10,105 nucleotides of DNA from Chloroflexaceae bacterium. GTDB taxonomy: Bacteria > Chloroflexota > Chloroflexia > Chloroflexales > Chloroflexaceae. Position 1 is the stretch's first letter. Every line of letters starts with the position of its first letter. The notes beneath the pieces were generated by a model that was not told where the DNA came from, did not search any database, and was given only the letters and a program-made list of their open reading frames with translations. The translations under genes and the position numbers were made by a program. The stretch is taken from NCBI GenBank assembly GCA_012034075.1, contig JAAURD010000160.1:1-10105 (forward strand), given 5' to 3'. Positions 7,477 to 10,105 of this stretch are shown in pieces.

Positions 7477-9775
7477 TTACAACACATCAGGATCAAGATC
7501 AAAATCGGGATCAAAATCAAAATCGGGATTATCCATATATATCCTCATAAATGGACTATTAATCTGTCGCCGCATCTGTTGCGCCTGCCGCACCAAGTTC
7601 TCATTGCCCTGATTTTTCGCCAGATGTTCGGCGCGTTGCAAGGTCTTTTGGGCGTTATCTGTTTGCCTATTTATGCCTTGCAGCAAGCCGAGCAGAATAA
7701 GCAGACTGGGGTCATCCGGTGCTTTTTCAACGGCTTTTTCGGCATATTCCAGGGCCAGGTCAGGTCTCACCTCCGACAGGTAAGCGGCGATCAGGCGATA
7801 CCCGTTGGGACTCTCTGGATCAGACTCGACGGCCTTATTGAGCAGGGTATGGGCCAGCGTGATCCATTCTTTGCGTTCGTGATCTTTCGCTTTGCCAGTG
7901 GTGAATGGGCGCAGATAACTGATGACACCACCATGAGATCGATCTGGGTGTTGGTATTGGTTAAAGATGGTTGTTGCGATATCTGCATAAAAGCTGATGT
8001 CGATCTCGATGGCTGCCTCGGCTCGTTCGAGTAGTTGCACCAGTTCGTTGCATTGATTGGCAACAATCCAGCATTGCATGGCCATCAGATAGGCTTCCGT
8101 TTGGTCGGGAGCAAGGGCCAGGGCTTCATCGATATGGGTGGTGACGACGTTGAACTGGTTTTGTTCGACGGCCACACGGGCAAGGTGGATCGCAAAGCGA
8201 TAGTCTTGGGGTGCAATTTTGCGGCCATCTTCATAGGTTTTTATTGCTTTTTGATACTGCCCAAACTGTTGGAGCGTGCTGCCATGGTACAAGAACGCGC
8301 TGGCAATGCGCTGGCGGACTTGCTCATTGGCTGGTTGCTGTTGGGCCAGCCGTTCGAGTGCGCCCTGGGCCGCACCAATTTGGTGGCGTTCGTGGTATAG
8401 CTCAATGGCCATGATATTGGCATCGATATGATTCGGATCGATCTCTAACACACGATGGATTTCATTCAAGCCTGCCTGATATTGATCATTGGCGATCAAT
8501 GCCTCGGCCAATTGCATCCGTGTTTCGGTGTCTTCGGGGCTTTTCTTGATCATTTGACGAAAGATCGTGACGGCTTCATCGGGACGATCGGCGCGTTTAT
8601 AGCATGTCACAATTCGTTTGCGTACCCAGGCCCATTTTGCATCCTCGGTATCGTCCTGGTCTTTTGCACGTGGGTTTTTGCGTGGGCGAGTACGCAGGAG
8701 CGCACGCCATGCTTCGGCAGCATGCAACCAGCTTTCGAGGTGTTCATAGGCAATCGCCAGGTTTTGCACGATGACACGGGGTGAACCCATTTTGCTGCTA
8801 TTGGCGACTTTCTGGCGGGCCTGTTCCCAGCACAGAACTGCTTTGCGCCAGTCGCCTTTTTTGGGCCAGATCGTGGGCTACGGTATCAAACACCGTGACG
8901 AGCAGTTCATTGAGGGGGGCATAGTCGATCTCGGCGGCCGCCCAGGCGGTGGCCTGGGCGGCGACTACGTCGTTGGCTTCCATTTGGGCGGTAAGCTGTT
9001 GGATAAACACCAGCGCCAGATTCTGGCTTAACCAGTTCGTCCGGATGTGGCCGGCTTTCTGTACCTGCTGCCAGCATTCAAAGGCGGTCTGATGATCGCC
9101 CTGCTGAGCAGCAGCGACGCCACGGTAGTACATGCGGATGGTTTCGATATCTTTGGAGGGTAACCGGCTTTCGTCAGAGAGCACTTCAAGCGCACGCTGG
9201 TCAGCCTGCTGGATCAGACTGAGACCGAAAAGGAGCCGATCCAGAGCGGATGCCTGATGACTGGTGTTTTCGGGGATGGGTTGCTGTTGGAGCAGGGCCT
9301 GCAATGGCGCGAGAACACTGGCAGTCTGGCGATACGTTTGAGCGAGGGCACTGATATCGGCATTGGCATCTTGCTCCAGCAGGGCCAGGGCCAGCACCCA
9401 CGATACACCATCCCAGGATGGTTCCAGGTCAAGCACCTTGCGATACAAGGTGATGGCTGTGTCGAGCTGATCCATGTGATGATAGGTCAGGCCCAGGTGG
9501 TAATGATAGCGGAGGTCTGCTGGTTTGCGCTCCAGTGCCTGTTGCAGATCGACGATTGCTTCTTCGTGGTCTGGTCGTTGCAACGCACGCCGAAAGTAGG
9601 CTTCAGCCAGAGCCGTCTGTAGGGCCGCGGTCGATGGTGTCACCGACTCCCAGGAGCGAATAGCCTGGCTAAATTGCCCGGCATTAAAGGCGTACAGACC
9701 CCGTTTCACCATATCTGGTGGTTTTTTCTGAGTCTGACCGGTTTTTTTCTTATTCTTATTTTTAGAAGATGCCAT
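7477..9775 (-). CDS. large TPR-repeat protein, apparently a single gene split into two ORFs (9775..8798 and 8790..7477) by a +1 frameshift at an A6 homopolymer
   Basis: Both ORFs are TPR-like throughout. The frame of the downstream ORF stays open upstream of its ATG to 8877 and there encodes TPR-like text (KGDWRKAVLCWEQARQKVANSSKMGSP...). Removing one A from the A6 run (plus-strand T6 at 8857..8862) joins the ORFs as ...VFDTVAHDLAQK|GDWRKAVLCWEQARQ..., giving one protein of about 765 aa. The preferred start is ATG 9775 (MASSKNKNKKK...), because the listed 9790 is a TTG. The C-terminus is acidic: DNPDFDFDPDFDLDPDVL. Confidence 0.6.
7488..7530 (-). repeat. short tandem hexanucleotide repeat (gatcaa/aatcaa/aatcggg units) encoding the acidic C-terminal DFDFDPDFDLDPD tail of the TPR protein
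   Basis: The plus strand reads caggatcaagatcaaaatcgggatcaaaatcaaaatcgggatt with a visible period of 6 to 12 nt. Confidence 0.5.
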
Positions 9776-9852
9776 ACGAACAGGAACCAACGCACTATTC
9801 GTATGAATAGCGCATTGACGCTAAAACGTTGCCCTATAGAAAACTCTAGCCG

Positions 9853-9882
9853 TATTATAGCATGCCTTGCGGTTTGCTTTCA
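9853..9882 (-). promoter_or_regulatory. candidate sigma70-type promoter of the TPR/J/GrpE operon (-35 TTGAAA, 18-nt spacer, -10 TATAAT)
   Basis: The minus strand reads gTTGAAAgcaaaccgcaaggcatgcTATAATacggc. The -10 is plus 9853..9858 and the -35 is plus 9877..9882, about 75 nt upstream of ATG 9775. An imperfect inverted repeat GCACTATTC-gtat-GAATAGCGC (9792..9813) lies in the predicted 5' UTR. Confidence 0.4.
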
Positions 9883-10105
9883 ACATACCGAACAAACCTA
9901 CGGGCAACTGATGGCGGTTTGCTGTGGCGGGGACACAGCCGTGTGCTGTGCCCCGCCAGTGGGGAGGGTTCCTGGTAGCAACAACAACGAGCAGTGCCCC
10001 AGGGAGTTAGGGGCTCTCAAGGGTAGGTTTTTTTGGTTTAGACATGGCTCATACCAAATTCGGTGGGCGCAGCACGCAGACGCTCCTACAGATCGCACTT
10101 GGAGC

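Noticed and set aside
6384-8400. Plus-strand ORFs antisense to the GrpE and TPR genes (6384..6707, 6502..6951, 6542..6859, 7579..8034, 8035..8400, 8211..8414)
   Set aside because: They are antisense artefacts. The sense-strand products carry clear GrpE and TPR signatures.
9960-10040. tRNA or other small structured RNA at the right end (GGTTCC-containing segment, T7 run at 10029..10035)
   Set aside because: No cloverleaf with a proper T-loop, acceptor stem or anticodon stem can be drawn. The T-run is preceded only by a weak 5-bp stem, so there is no convincing RNA gene or terminator.
10043-10105. Possible plus-strand gene start MAHTKFGGRSTQTLLQIALG... running off the window
   Set aside because: It covers only 21 codons, has no recognisable family and only a weak Shine-Dalgarno, so there is too little to call.

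Overview
This is a 10.1-kb bacterial window, moderately GC-rich and densely coding, and I found no rRNA, tRNA or CRISPR array. It holds three parts. First (1..1800, minus strand): a flotillin-like SPFH/band-7 membrane protein gene whose stop overlaps (ATGA) the start of a small membrane-protein gene that runs off the left edge. Second (1801..5960, plus strand): a divergent regulatory region with a perfect palindrome TGTTGCA-N5-TGCAACA and repeated TGTTGCA half-sites. After it come a short winged-HTH gene interrupted by an in-frame TAA despite a strong Shine-Dalgarno, a full wHTH-WYL-WCX transcriptional regulator, and, 2 nt after its stop, an 850-aa Cas3-like protein (SF2 DExH helicase with a C-terminal HD nuclease domain). 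No cas1/2/4/5/6/7/8 genes and no repeat-spacer array occur in the window. This solitary Cas3-like helicase-nuclease under a ligand-sensing WYL regulator is the most interesting candidate system here. Third (5961..9900): a GC-rich double hairpin plus T-run at a convergent gene junction, then a minus-strand operon. The operon is one long TPR-repeat gene apparently split into two ORFs by a +1 frameshift in an A6 run, then a small J-domain protein whose invariant HPD motif reads HPP, overlapping (GTGA) an atypical GrpE with a long N-terminal coiled coil and a Pro-rich insert. A sigma70-like promoter lies upstream of the TPR gene. Many long ORFs on the opposite strand of these genes are treated as GC-driven artefacts.
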